Shown here piece by piece: positions 37,901 through 46,992 of a DNA stretch of 64,000 nt; the stretch's first letter is position 1; every line of letters begins with the position of its first letter. This DNA is from a virus. The stretch spans positions 1 to 64,000 of the IMG/VR virus record IMGVR_UViG_3300022562_001757; one strand, 5' to 3'. Under the pieces are notes generated by a model, which saw only the letters and a list, made by a program, of their open reading frames with translations, did no database searches and was not told the DNA's origin. Made by a program: the position numbers and the translations under genes.

Positions 37901-40576
37901 GCTTCCACCCGTTCCCTGCTCAGGCGTCAACATATTGAGGAAGACGTTGAGTGGCGAAAATACTTCTTTGATATCGGTGACCGTACCCTCACCGATGATT
38001 TTCATTTCTTGGTACGTCAGGGGACGTCCGAGCTGTCCAAAAACGCACACACGGTTCCAATTGTCTAGGCGGCCAGGATTACGATAGTCCACTACGCGCG
38101 AACGGGCGCCGAAGACTACGTTGGTGTTTTCCATCACAAGCCACTCGATGGACTGCTCGAAAGACATCTCTGACAAAGGATGCGAGTGCTTACCAACGTT
38201 GCGTACCAGGTCAGCAAAAATCCCGGCGTTGCGGTCTGTCCAAATGGGTCGATTTTCAAACAAATCAGCCATGGTGGCGCCGGAGTTTGGCACCGCGGCG
38301 CGCGCTTGTGCACGTCCTGCATTTCGCGCGTCAATGAAGCGCTTAACCATTCTTTGCGCTTCAGCGAGCTGTCCCCCTTTGCGTCGGAAAGTGGACTGCA
38401 CAACCGCAGTTTTTTGCTGCTTTTCACAGTTCTTAATGAACTGTTCGATCTTTCGTAATTCGTCGTTGATGCCGGAAATGCTTTTCTTGACTTCTGCTTG
38501 CAGCTTGGTGGGTGACGGGAGCTTCTTTTGCTCCTCCAACAACCGTTGGCGTACCTTCAATCTGTCAGCTTCGGTAAAAATGGGCTTTGGAGCAGTCTGG
38601 CCACCATGCGCACCGGTCTGCGTGATGTCTTTTAACCGCGCCGTCAGCGTTGACGAAATGCCAGTCAATGCAATGTTGAGCTGGTTCGCCGTCGACTTAC
38701 CAAAATCTTCGGTTAGCTTGGATGCCCAGATGCCAATCTTTTTGGTTCGCTCGTCCAGCGAATTCGCTTCTTGAATGGGCGGTACGGGTATGATCCATCC
38801 GTTGTCGATGCCTGTTTTGACAAACGCTGCCGCTTCTTGAATGGGCTTTGTTAGAGAGTCAACGACACCGGTGATGACGATGCCCGAAGTGCTCTGTAGC
38901 TGAGCCCCAGCGTACGTTCCGGCTTGGAAAATTGGCAACAGAATATCGAAGCCAAGCGGAGAGTTGAACAACAGAACGGTGTTTGCGACGAACTTTTCCA
39001 GCGTGACTTTGGTAACCGCAGTGACGAGCGCCTTACACCGGCCATCAATGTATGCCAACCCGTTTTTCAATACGTTGATATCGCCTTGTGCAGGCTGAAC
39101 CCATTGGCCGTCAACGTTAGTCCGTGTCGGTTTTACGATTTTCAGATCGCTTCTTAGCTTGACCTGAATGCCAATGGTCTTGTTTTGTCTCGTATCGCGT
39201 TCCAGCAGCCAATTGTTGACGTCTATCGCATTCAGCTTGTCGACGATTTTTTGAGCGGCGCTCATTTTGTCGACGAGAGGCTTACTTTGCTCCTGCACAG
39301 TAGTTTTTGCTGCTTGCAGTGCTTTTTGGAAGCAGTCACTGTTGATGCTCAAGTCAGATGTTCGACATGTCAACAGCACCGCATTTTCCGCCAAACAATT
39401 TAGCCAGCGGTCGAGCACCTCCTTGAACATGTTGCGCACGCCCTTTAGCTTTTCCAGGACGGCTTTGTCCAACCCGATGGTCTGAAGAAGTGTGCGGTTA
39501 CTTTTGAAGCGCTCCTCAACAATGTCGGCCCGTACTGCACCAGATTTCAGCTTCTCTGGCGTTGGATTGACATTGATGCGCACCCGCATCCGCTCATACA
39601 GCCCACGGATGTCGTAGCACTGAATGTTCATGGTGCGCTCGGCCGTTACAGGTCGATCGTCCCAGCTGTATGCCGAAACGAATCCTGTAAATGCCGGTAT
39701 CCAGAGGTCGTGCCACTCTTTGTAATTCGGCCGCTTAACGGCTGAGACATGCGGCAGACGGATGAAGATGCGCACACTGTCGTGCTTGTGGATGACACTG
39801 CTGAATGGATTTAGCGGATAAAGCCACACACCAGTTTCTGGGTCGATTTCCGCTTGTTTCGTTCCGGGCTGTACCGCCTTGTACTTGCGATAGTAAATGA
39901 CGTACTTCGCCAGCTCATCCGCTCGGGCGTTGGCGCGCCCTTGGTGCGGGATAATCTTACCTCCACGATCGCGTGCTAGCCGCCAGCCGGTGCCGTGCAC
40001 ACGCCATGCTGATTTATTCAGGTTGGCGCAGATATTCGCCGGCGTGATGATGAACGCGTCGTGGTTGTTGTTGAGCGTAAAGCTCGCTGTATTCATCCCA
40101 CCCGTAGTTTCCAAAGACCAGCGAACATTGCCCATCACGTAGGGAGTGACATCTGCGCCTTCAATGTAGACGCGTAGGTCATTGTTTTGGACGGCGTACT
40201 TCTGTTCTTTGAAATCGATTTTGGCGCCGCACAGCCATTGTCGGCTACGGCTAGACACCTTCTTCTGAAAAATGCCTACCGTTTCGTTGGCGCTAGCGAG
40301 ATATACATCCAGCGCCGGGCGGCATTTTGGTTCAGCGAAGGCGCCAGCTTTTCGCGCACGGTCGAATGCCGTTCTATTGGTACGGGTAAGCTTTTGCTTG
40401 AGATTACGCTGTTGGAGCTTGGACGCATTGCGGGCATTTTGCTTCTGTTCTTGCGACAGCAGCTTGTACAGGTATTCAGAAAGCGAACCGGACTTTGTGC
40501 CAACCTGGACCTGTGTCGTGTTGACAAAGTCGTTCAACGACCCCCGCGGATTATTTCTGGCAGGTGGGTTGGGCAT
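34919..40576 (-). CDS. baseplate hub (gp27/gp44-like) with M23 peptidase domain
   Basis: LRVYIEG.DV, F.GFV...., FRPYILPNRP hub motifs; HSGVDL, YLHL, GQIGSTGN...HLHL M23 motifs. Confidence 0.8.
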   Translation of the reverse strand: MPNPPARNNPRGSLNDFVNTTQVQVGTKSGSLSEYLYKLLSQEQKQNARNASKLQQRNLKQKLTRTNRTAFDRARKAGAFAEPKCRPALDVYLASANETVGIFQKKVSSRSRQWLCGAKIDFKEQKYAVQNNDLRVYIEGADVTPYVMGNVRWSLETTGGMNTASFTLNNNHDAFIITPANICANLNKSAWRVHGTGWRLARDRGGKIIPHQGRANARADELAKYVIYYRKYKAVQPGTKQAEIDPETGVWLYPLNPFSSVIHKHDSVRIFIRLPHVSAVKRPNYKEWHDLWIPAFTGFVSAYSWDDRPVTAERTMNIQCYDIRGLYERMRVRINVNPTPEKLKSGAVRADIVEERFKSNRTLLQTIGLDKAVLEKLKGVRNMFKEVLDRWLNCLAENAVLLTCRTSDLSINSDCFQKALQAAKTTVQEQSKPLVDKMSAAQKIVDKLNAIDVNNWLLERDTRQNKTIGIQVKLRSDLKIVKPTRTNVDGQWVQPAQGDINVLKNGLAYIDGRCKALVTAVTKVTLEKFVANTVLLFNSPLGFDILLPIFQAGTYAGAQLQSTSGIVITGVVDSLTKPIQEAAAFVKTGIDNGWIIPVPPIQEANSLDERTKKIGIWASKLTEDFGKSTANQLNIALTGISSTLTARLKDITQTGAHGGQTAPKPIFTEADRLKVRQRLLEEQKKLPSPTKLQAEVKKSISGINDELRKIEQFIKNCEKQQKTAVVQSTFRRKGGQLAEAQRMVKRFIDARNAGRAQARAAVPNSGATMADLFENRPIWTDRNAGIFADLVRNVGKHSHPLSEMSFEQSIEWLVMENTNVVFGARSRVVDYRNPGRLDNWNRVCVFGQLGRPLTYQEMKIIGEGTVTDIKEVFSPLNVFLNMLTPEQGTGGSTIVQRHLSANPYGATSHQYETRKSMIDQVCTLLDYQCYISPMGDWCFEFPNYNILPSDFGPTFRGAYEVDKQLISSSISEESGDLPTAWVLTGSELDKELQGVIERDFQIKNRFATITIMAPILARRLGIKVEDVNIALPGVGANFGPNGTHGPGGVAGALASLIIYGLFHINRQFGRMHKLQVSTPFRPYILPNRPIHLIPRQRIGLVKTVNYAMSPPGGECTTETDIGYVRWLNRDGTFRHAGGGTRMPLDYTQFQPGSVSLDTRRSAGNFSNRQPDVNLAALRSNDTVRADNGSRQGPGRTGSAAWNQTAVGEPQASALRAAFAKGKTLSGSTAGAKGTSKTVPTKPNTGVGRRAHRRPGSAGGPEASVKPSTGIQSSLDKKTGSKGSNDAKAGLRGDGTIGIKQRYDSTKLFYDAIPFFTHKPPNEYQFNQWGFVRTPGDAPAYHILGGKKYPYHSGVDLFANPKNSNVYAPIPFFSIEAAYQFGSYLTADKARAVPVSERYVIKNAQGQWVQEGKTRVFNVPADMQPFFVKKPHKISEGVRKARGILPGEVVKIKIKPDDPNAPTRFIETTYKFLLVNEYETWLKIRKKTKRIKPVQSTSIHDRGLYLQCEGYVSLPGTKLISASNIKQRDQLTKGPDGTVYRKLHCQLLYLHLGDIYEGPRGVYGAGTNEAPADPEKVHPLGQIGSTGNAGTALAHLHLTMKVRSAGRISDTTYSNTLREVLKARNEFLTRILAYKLTTVRGNLKEDPLNSTLSEAWKKRLRGKLTIKVQENGQTVTKTIDVNTAKAVDVIDALVKWQNVNSSFSWFTNPNQANVFGKKNLREWIDVNPLWFFTPEQIIDNAVQRSATPGGRIYGSKYIKSSRQRRAIVKDNKQHLCKRLGSSGLEKTRKKSVIKRTDVDRKSRSARNSFTSGARKRQIFQKQRRLEERMEERDITRQLALVQSERLEGALHASVRQYLDFDQKNTNQENAWKTGLSRFGQIDSAYL

Positions 40577-40584
40577 CGCTCGTT

Positions 40585-41019
40585 CTACTTCATACGCTTT
40601 TCGACTTGATTAACCAAGTGGCCCAAGTCATCACCGAAATAAGCGTTGTTTCCGCGCACAAATTTTGTGGCCATTCTGGAACGGAACACTTCTGCGATGA
40701 TGGCACGCATCAGCTCATTTTCATGGTCGCCCAATTTCATCCGCCGGATCAACAACTGCGCAATGCGCACCTGCCACAGCCGGTCGTAGATGCTTTGGAA
40801 TTCGATTTTGTTGAAGATGTCGTCAGGAACCGCACCCTCTTTTTGGTCGGTGCGGTCGAGGTACTGCTCAACCAGTTCCAACTCAACCACTGCGGCAGCT
40901 CGGGCCGCAGAGTCGCTACGCTGTGCTGCCGTCCGCAGCAGCTTCGCTAGCCACTGTCCGGTCGCGTCCAGTTCCTCGTACTTCGGATTGGTGGGTTCGT
41001 CGTTCGGAATGCTGCTCAT
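40585..41019 (-). CDS. hypothetical protein
   Basis: Start reassigned to ATG 41019 (MSSIPNDE...); the track's N-terminal extension overlaps the next gene. Confidence 0.65.
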   Translation of the reverse strand: MSSIPNDEPTNPKYEELDATGQWLAKLLRTAAQRSDSAARAAAVVELELVEQYLDRTDQKEGAVPDDIFNKIEFQSIYDRLWQVRIAQLLIRRMKLGDHENELMRAIIAEVFRSRMATKFVRGNNAYFGDDLGHLVNQVEKRMK

Positions 41020-41254
41020 GATGTTGCTCTTCAAAATCACCCGTTTCCCAATTGATAGCGCTGCCAACGTCGACCCCGTACTTTGCTCCGAGGTCTGACA
41101 CGAAACGTGCCAAGTTGGCTTCCGCCATCTGGTGGGTGAGTTTTGTATTTTGGAGTGCCTGCTCGGCGGCGCGGATCGCCATCCGCTCACGCTCGACAAC
41201 TAAGGCCAAGACTTTTAGGTTCGCGTGATCAATGTCGCTCAGCTTCTTTGGCAT
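40916..41254 (-). CDS. small coiled-coil protein (putative fibre chaperone)
   Basis: Coiled coil followed by KYGV...INWETGDF, similar to the 18078 and 18350 proteins. Confidence 0.65.
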   Translation of the reverse strand: MPKKLSDIDHANLKVLALVVERERMAIRAAEQALQNTKLTHQMAEANLARFVSDLGAKYGVDVGSAINWETGDFEEQHHEQHSERRTHQSEVRGTGRDRTVASEAAADGSTA

Positions 41255-41269
41255 TCGTCTTCTCGTTGG

Positions 41270-43063
41270 TTATTGGAGGTTCACCAGCCCTCGGATGATG
41301 CCTGTCTTGCTGCCCGATCCGTCATCCGCCAAACCAGACAGTGCTTTTCCTAGAATGCTCCCTGCGGGCGCGTCCGCCGGCGCTACCGTGCAGCGTCCAC
41401 CACCAGCGCTCACCAAGCGGTCTCCAGGTGCGATAGAACCATTCGTAGTGATGGCGCGGATCGGAACAATGCCTACCACCGTCATGGCTAGCTTGTCGAC
41501 CTCGGGCACCAACCCCTTCAAAATGGCCACTCCTTCATGGTAGCGGACAACTGTATTGCCGCCTACAAAATTCAACGTCGTGACGCCACCACTATACACC
41601 GCGGGGAGGACATGGACAATATAACCTCCCACACGGAGGTACTCTACGCCCGCCAGAGCCGTTGTGACGTCCCCATCGAAGGTCAGGCTGGTAAGGCTAC
41701 CTTGCTTGTTTGGCACCAGTCCTAGGGGCTCTGCGGCGCTCTCATCGTAGCCGTTGCCCCGCCCCATGATGAGGGCCGGATAGGTGGAGGCCACCTTGAC
41801 TCCGATGACCTTGGGGTCGGCGACGGCGCTCGACTCAGACATCTTGCCCTCGGCGTTCACCACCAATACCGTGCCGTCCAAATAGGTAGCTGCCGTGCCC
41901 TCTACCTGTACCCACTCCGCCACGTCGGTTGCCGGGCTGGTGTAGGATCCATCAGCGTGCACGTTCCCGTCGTTGTCGACATCGAACAGGTAGATATTCA
42001 CGCCTGGGTCGTTGTCAGCGCCGGTGCGGCTGATTCGGAACATGTAAGCCGCATTGTCGCTAACGTCTTCGCTATGGATGGTGAAAATCTCTTGGTTGGC
42101 CAGCAAACTCGGAGACCGATGCACCAAGCGCAAGGTTGCGCGATTATCGGCACCAAACGCCGGACTGACGACCAGCAATGTTGTATCCTGCTGCGTGTCT
42201 CCAGGGTCGCCCCACGACGTACCTTCTTGACCGCCCACGGCGACACGAATGGCTGCCGCCGCAGAGCCAGCTTGGCTACCGGCGATGTAGAGCTTTCGTT
42301 CAGCGTCGGACCGTGTAGTACGCAGCTGGAAATGTGTGCGCAGTCCAGGAACGATGGAGTCATCGATGGTCTCGATAGCCAGGCTTGCTTCAGAGCTGTA
42401 GTCGCCTACGTGGAAGGTGGAGCCCAGCGTGGAAGCCGCTTTGATGTCTTCCCAGCCACCGCGCAACGAACCGCTAGTGGTACGGAATTTGATATCGGTG
42501 TCGACATCAACCGCTAGATTGCCTGAGTACACCAACAGGCGTCCACCCGCGTCGGACAGCCCGAGCGCTTCCGGTCCACCTTCCAGAATTACGTAGTTTG
42601 TGGAGCCACCATTGGGATAGCCTAACGATAGGCGCCCGTGGTGATTTTTAGCTGTGACCAGTGTGGATCGCGGACCGATGGTTAGATTCGGCCCACGCCG
42701 GTCAGGCTGGCCAATGGAAGCGAAAACCGCTGGCGTAGCCAACGTGAGCAGCTCGCGGTCTTCGTCCGTAATCGGCGGAGCGCTCTGGTTGTGGCCAACA
42801 CGAAAATAATTCAGCGCCAGTCCAGAATTGTTGTCGCTGTCGAGGAAGACATTGACGTCATCTGTGCCGGCAATCGTGCCACCACCTGCAACGCCGCCGT
42901 AGTTCAACGACGCTGCAAGCGTTTCTAGATCCGATTCCGTCGCGTTGTTGGCGACGAGCCGAATTGCATTGGCGCTGCTGTCATCCGCCAGAACGCCGCT
43001 GTAGCGCAGAGCACGAATAATCGTGTCTACGACCTTTTCTGTAAGTCGTGGAATTTTAGACAT
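41270..43063 (-). CDS. tail spike/fibre with C-terminal peptidase G2-like intramolecular chaperone
   Basis: DVAEW...GTVLV....VIGV...P and G.VP......NGSI.PGD.LV......GSILGKAL. Confidence 0.75.
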   Translation of the reverse strand: MSKIPRLTEKVVDTIIRALRYSGVLADDSSANAIRLVANNATESDLETLAASLNYGGVAGGGTIAGTDDVNVFLDSDNNSGLALNYFRVGHNQSAPPITDEDRELLTLATPAVFASIGQPDRRGPNLTIGPRSTLVTAKNHHGRLSLGYPNGGSTNYVILEGGPEALGLSDAGGRLLVYSGNLAVDVDTDIKFRTTSGSLRGGWEDIKAASTLGSTFHVGDYSSEASLAIETIDDSIVPGLRTHFQLRTTRSDAERKLYIAGSQAGSAAAAIRVAVGGQEGTSWGDPGDTQQDTTLLVVSPAFGADNRATLRLVHRSPSLLANQEIFTIHSEDVSDNAAYMFRISRTGADNDPGVNIYLFDVDNDGNVHADGSYTSPATDVAEWVQVEGTAATYLDGTVLVVNAEGKMSESSAVADPKVIGVKVASTYPALIMGRGNGYDESAAEPLGLVPNKQGSLTSLTFDGDVTTALAGVEYLRVGGYIVHVLPAVYSGGVTTLNFVGGNTVVRYHEGVAILKGLVPEVDKLAMTVVGIVPIRAITTNGSIAPGDRLVSAGGGRCTVAPADAPAGSILGKALSGLADDGSGSKTGIIRGLVNLQ

Positions 43064-43127
43064 TTTTGTTCTTCAGGCGCACCGGGCCTATATAGAGTAA
43101 CCAGGGCGTTAGCCAGCGCGCATTCAT

Positions 43128-43157
43128 ATTGACAATGCGATACTGTTGCGGTAAACG
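43128..43157 (+). promoter_or_regulatory. sigma70-like promoter with conserved spacer, leaderless start
   Basis: ATTGACA-ATGCGATACTGTTGCGG(17)-TAAACG, 6 nt before ATG 43164. Confidence 0.7.
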
Positions 43158-43163
43158 TAGTGC

Positions 43164-43535
43164 ATGATCACCGAAATTACCCCAGAGCAATGGCAGCGAC
43201 TCCAAGAGGAATGTGAAAAGTACCTTCAGCTTGGCTTGCAGACAGGACCGGCGGATCGCCCCCGTGCTGAGCGTATTCTTCTTTGTGGGCTGCACGAGCT
43301 TTCCACAGAGCGCTATCGTCGGCTGTTCATGTGGTCGCTGCTCAGTGAAGAAACGAAAAAGGAAGCGCGTCAGCTAGCGTTTAGGCGCTACCTGCACGAA
43401 AGCATGTCCATCATGGAAAATCTCAATCCTGGGAGCGCTGCCTATTACGATTGCGTTCCTGGCATCTACAATGCGCAGACCGCCGAAGAGTTCCGTGCGG
43501 AAATCGACGCGCTCCGCAAGAAGTACACACCGTGA
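43164..43535 (+). CDS. chimeric protein: DUF6745-family N-terminus fused to an unrelated C-terminus
   Basis: The first ~36 aa nearly match the N-terminus of 249..1268, also at DNA level. Confidence 0.7.
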   Translation: MITEITPEQWQRLQEECEKYLQLGLQTGPADRPRAERILLCGLHELSTERYRRLFMWSLLSEETKKEARQLAFRRYLHESMSIMENLNPGSAAYYDCVPGIYNAQTAEEFRAEIDALRKKYTP

Positions 43536-43762
43536 GCTACATGGTTGGTATTGGCGCTGGAATGGCACGCTTTGGGCTCAAGCCTGGGCCACCCCGGATC
43601 ATTTGCGACGGCTGCGGAGCCGAGGTCACCATCCTCGGGTTTCCACAGAAGTGGTTTATGGACGGTAAGCCGCCACGGGGTTGGCGAGGGCTGCGGATGG
43701 CTGATGAAAGCAAGCGATGGGACCTGTGCCCACGTTGCTGGAAGGGAAATAATGCGCGATGA
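43532..43762 (+). CDS. small zinc-binding protein
   Basis: IICDGCG...PPRGW...DLCPRC; GTG overlaps the upstream stop. Confidence 0.65.
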   Translation: MSYMVGIGAGMARFGLKPGPPRIICDGCGAEVTILGFPQKWFMDGKPPRGWRGLRMADESKRWDLCPRCWKGNNAR

Positions 43763-44360
43763 ACGACCCACGGCTTTTGAGCGCCGCAACATCGAGGAAG
43801 CGTTCGCCACTAGCAAAGGTAAGACTTTTGACTGGGTGGATGAAGCCGGCATGCTGGCCGTGCCGTTGACCGATGGCAACTGGAAGATGCTCAAGCACAA
43901 CGAGCTAGGGCGCGCCGTCGCTGATGGAAAAGTCAACGCCGTCGTCGCCTACGATCCGGTGGAGGCCAAGCGTCTTGAGGAATGCCTGCTGGTAGACCAG
44001 ATGTACACTGGCGTTGTGCGCATCGACCTCGCCTTCATCCGTGAGCAGATGGATCTGTTTACACAGAGCGCCATCAAGGCCGCTGAAAAAGCGAACGTGC
44101 CTGCGCTCAAGCGCGCCCTGGGCGACCTGTGGCAGTGCCGTAAATTCATGGCTGACGATGATTGGAGTGAGACGCTAAACTACCTGCAATCGGCCGTAGC
44201 GCTGCACGAGAAGCTCACGCCGGCGCAATGTAGAATTGTTGCCAAAATCATCACCGATCATTTGGGGTACTCTAGAGAAGGTGACCCGACGACAGTACGT
44301 TGGTTGCTACGCCAGAGCGAGTTGAATCCGTGGGCTGGAATTTCGCAACGCGAGGCGTAG
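43752..44360 (+). CDS. hypothetical protein
   Basis: AAGGGA RBS before ATG 43752. Confidence 0.7.
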   Translation: MRDERPTAFERRNIEEAFATSKGKTFDWVDEAGMLAVPLTDGNWKMLKHNELGRAVADGKVNAVVAYDPVEAKRLEECLLVDQMYTGVVRIDLAFIREQMDLFTQSAIKAAEKANVPALKRALGDLWQCRKFMADDDWSETLNYLQSAVALHEKLTPAQCRIVAKIITDHLGYSREGDPTTVRWLLRQSELNPWAGISQREA

Positions 44361-44363
44361 CCA

Positions 44364-44684
44364 ATGAACAACAAAAGTGACTGGAAACAGCTCGTCTGGA
44401 AAGCGAAGCACGCCATCAAGATCCGCGAGCACCGCGGCGGCACTGGCCTGGTGCAGCTTAACTATTATGACCGATGTTATGTCAGTGCATTACTTTCTTT
44501 GGAAGTTGTTCACCCGCCGGCGTGGCACACCGAAATTGTGCGGAGAGAGCTAGGTGCGCAAGTTCCGGCGGAGCTGATAATCGACCTAGACACCGCATTG
44601 AATAAATCAACCAAGGCTGCCTTCAATGCGATTGCCCCCAAAATCGCTGCGGCTTTCAGCAAGGAGGACACGATGCCAAAATAA
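44364..44684 (+). CDS. hypothetical protein
   Basis: GAGG RBS; 106 aa. Confidence 0.6.
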   Translation: MNNKSDWKQLVWKAKHAIKIREHRGGTGLVQLNYYDRCYVSALLSLEVVHPPAWHTEIVRRELGAQVPAELIIDLDTALNKSTKAAFNAIAPKIAAAFSKEDTMPK

Positions 44685-44697
44685 CTAGGAGGGCCTC

Positions 44698-44949
44698 GTG
44701 TCAATTTATCCCGATGTTGACTATGAAGAGGACTGGTGCGTGTTGCCTAAGCAAGGCAGCATGTCATATCCAAATTTACCGTACATCCGCTACCGCATCC
44801 AAGCGCAAACACCGCATGCGGTGACCGGAAAGCCGACAAGAACACCCTGGGCGTGGGATATTGTGAGTGAAAATAAGAGGGCACGTAGGCGGTGGAGGTT
44901 GCGCTGCTGGAAGGCGTATCGGAAGACGCGCTACTGCGTCATTTCGTAG
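44698..44949 (+). CDS. small basic hypothetical protein
   Basis: GGAGG RBS; ends R...R.WK.YRKTRY. Confidence 0.55.
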   Translation: MSIYPDVDYEEDWCVLPKQGSMSYPNLPYIRYRIQAQTPHAVTGKPTRTPWAWDIVSENKRARRRWRLRCWKAYRKTRYCVIS

Positions 44950-45634
44950 ATAATTCGTACAAGCAGTTCAACGCAGCTATCTCTACGCGGCGGCTGACCT
45001 CCTCCATTGACAGGCTACCGTCAATCGACACGACATTCTGATCGCAGCCGAACTCCTTGTCGTAGCGGTGCCTTATGATCTCATCGTAGAATGAATGCAC
45101 ACGCGCTTGCTCTTCGCTGGCTTCGTAGAACTCCGTGGTGTCGCTTCTCTGCTGCCGTCGTTTCTGCGCAACTTCTAGCGGTGTGCGGAGGAAGATGGTC
45201 AAGTCGGCGTTGCGCACGCCTTCCATCGTTGATGTCAGCCACTGGAAATATTCGCGATCGATTCCGAATGGATAGACACTGTCGTAGCTTCCACCTAGAA
45301 CGCGGTGGTCATCCTGCACGGATTGGTAAACCATCGTCGACAGGATGTACCGGTCGCAGATGACGTTGACGCCGGCGTTCAGCTTTGGAATGATTTCTGT
45401 CGCCAAGTGGCTCCAACGGTCTGCGGAAAAGAGCTGCGCCATCATGCGCGGTGGTTGATGCTCTCCCGCTAGAAATTGGCGGATAAGCTTACCTATTGGC
45501 CCCTGCGAAGGCTCGAATGTAAAGTATGCAGAGAAATCCAGTTCATTCAAGCGCGCCGCGAGCTTCTTGGCCTGCGTGGTGGTGCCTGCACCATCAATGC
45601 CTTCAAGTACAATCAGTTTGCCTTTTGTCGTCAT
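44939..45634 (-). CDS. tmk: thymidylate (dTMP) kinase
   Basis: LIVLEGIDGAGTTTQ, FEPS.GPIG, LFSADR, VICDRY.LS...YQ; start set at ATG 45634 behind GAGG. Confidence 0.92.
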   Translation of the reverse strand: MTTKGKLIVLEGIDGAGTTTQAKKLAARLNELDFSAYFTFEPSQGPIGKLIRQFLAGEHQPPRMMAQLFSADRWSHLATEIIPKLNAGVNVICDRYILSTMVYQSVQDDHRVLGGSYDSVYPFGIDREYFQWLTSTMEGVRNADLTIFLRTPLEVAQKRRQQRSDTTEFYEASEEQARVHSFYDEIIRHRYDKEFGCDQNVVSIDGSLSMEEVSRRVEIAALNCLYELSTK

Positions 45635-45762
45635 TGTGTCCTCGTCAACGCTGCCAACAATGATAGCAGCAGCAAGATGGGCGTCATGTAGGGATGGTGA
45701 GGCCAAGCCTCGAACGCTGCGAGCGCAAAGATGGCCGCCGCACTCATAGAGGCTACTCGCAT
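45631..45762 (-). CDS. small hydrophobic peptide (43 aa)
   Basis: MRVASMSAAAIFALAAFEAWPHHPYMTPILLLLSLLAALTRTQ fills the gap; stop overlaps the tmk start. Confidence 0.4.
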   Translation of the reverse strand: MRVASMSAAAIFALAAFEAWPHHPYMTPILLLLSLLAALTRTQ

Positions 45763-45765
45763 GCA

Positions 45766-46992
45766 CTAAGCGGCAATGTGCTCGGTCTTGGGGCGGACCC
45801 GCCAGCGAAGGTGCAGACCGGGGACGATCTCCATCCTGGCCCAGTCGGTACGGGCCTTGGGTGGACGGTAGCCTTCCCAGCGCTTATCAGCCACCCAGGA
45901 CGGCTTCCGAGGCTCGACTGCTGGGATACCATTGCCCAACGAGGCGAGCCACTCAGCGGCCTGTCCGGGCGTCTCCAGGCGAGGCATGACCGCGTTGTGC
46001 CAGAAGGCAAACTCGGTGGCCCGGGTCTGGAATCGGAGGTCGCGGATGAGCTGCCGGCAGCGGGCCAGGTAGTCGCTGTGCTCGGTGAGGTGATCCCGGT
46101 AGCCTGTCTCCTTGATGATGAGCAAGCTGACCACGTCGTCGATTTCCTTGAGCGTCCCCTCGGTGCGGTCATCGGCGCTTTGCGTGGAAAGCAGGTCAAC
46201 GCCATCCACCACCGCCTGGAAGGCCGGCACGATCACTTCCTTGGACTCGCCGACGACTTGTGCAGACTTCGTGCGGTCGCCTTCATCCGCAATGCCCATC
46301 CGCTGCTTCAACGCCTTGACGACGGCGCTGGCAACACGGATCTCGAACTCCAACCGCGTGATGGCGATCTTGGCCAGCAGGTAGGGACGCCCGTAGAACG
46401 ACGTCCACCGCATAGGGTGGATGAAGTTGTCGAACCGTACCTTGCCATCGGTACCGGCCAGCGGTCCCAGCTTTTCGTTTTCCAGCTCGTCGGGGAGGAA
46501 CTGGATCTCGTGCCAGCCTTCGTGCCAGTAGCCGTCGATGTCCTGGAGCATGAAGTTCCGCGGCAGGCCGACGGTGTCCTTGGTCATGACGTTGGCGTCC
46601 TCAACGAGCACGCTAAAGCTGAAGACGTCCTGGTTCGAGCTGAGTCCGATGATGCGGCCGTGGCGATTCTTGTCAGAGACGACGATCTCGCCCTCGCGCA
46701 CCTGCTTCGGTCGGCGTCGCTCGTACGTCGGTAGATTGATGGCAGCGCGGCGCTCGGCAAGTGCAGAGATTGCGCACGCCAGGTCGAGGTCAGTAATGGG
46801 CTGACCATTCTCGTCGACGTAGGCGATACCCGGCTTGCGCTCTGCTAAGTTATAGCGCCACGTTTCGAGAATACGCCCGCACACTGCACGCACGTCGGAG
46901 TCGAAGTGCAGCAGCTTGGTGAGGTCCCTGTCAAATGCCTGTTGATCCATACTGCTCATCGTTGCTGTGTTCTCCTTGGCACTATCCGTCAA
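45766..46992 (-). CDS. conserved hypothetical phage protein (408 aa)
   Basis: Long ORF with strong codon bias; DLDL...L..R.A.INLP.Y, NRHG.IIGL.SN...FSFSV. Confidence 0.8.
   Translation of the reverse strand: MTDSAKENTATMSSMDQQAFDRDLTKLLHFDSDVRAVCGRILETWRYNLAERKPGIAYVDENGQPITDLDLACAISALAERRAAINLPTYERRRPKQVREGEIVVSDKNRHGRIIGLSSNQDVFSFSVLVEDANVMTKDTVGLPRNFMLQDIDGYWHEGWHEIQFLPDELENEKLGPLAGTDGKVRFDNFIHPMRWTSFYGRPYLLAKIAITRLEFEIRVASAVVKALKQRMGIADEGDRTKSAQVVGESKEVIVPAFQAVVDGVDLLSTQSADDRTEGTLKEIDDVVSLLIIKETGYRDHLTEHSDYLARCRQLIRDLRFQTRATEFAFWHNAVMPRLETPGQAAEWLASLGNGIPAVEPRKPSWVADKRWEGYRPPKARTDWARMEIVPGLHLRWRVRPKTEHIAA

Noticed and set aside
45694-46734. 346-aa plus-strand ORF (and similar ones such as 5979..6785 and 60008..60829)
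   Set aside because: These are antisense shadows of strongly GC3-biased genes with no recognisable motifs, unlike the nested nuclease in intein 2.
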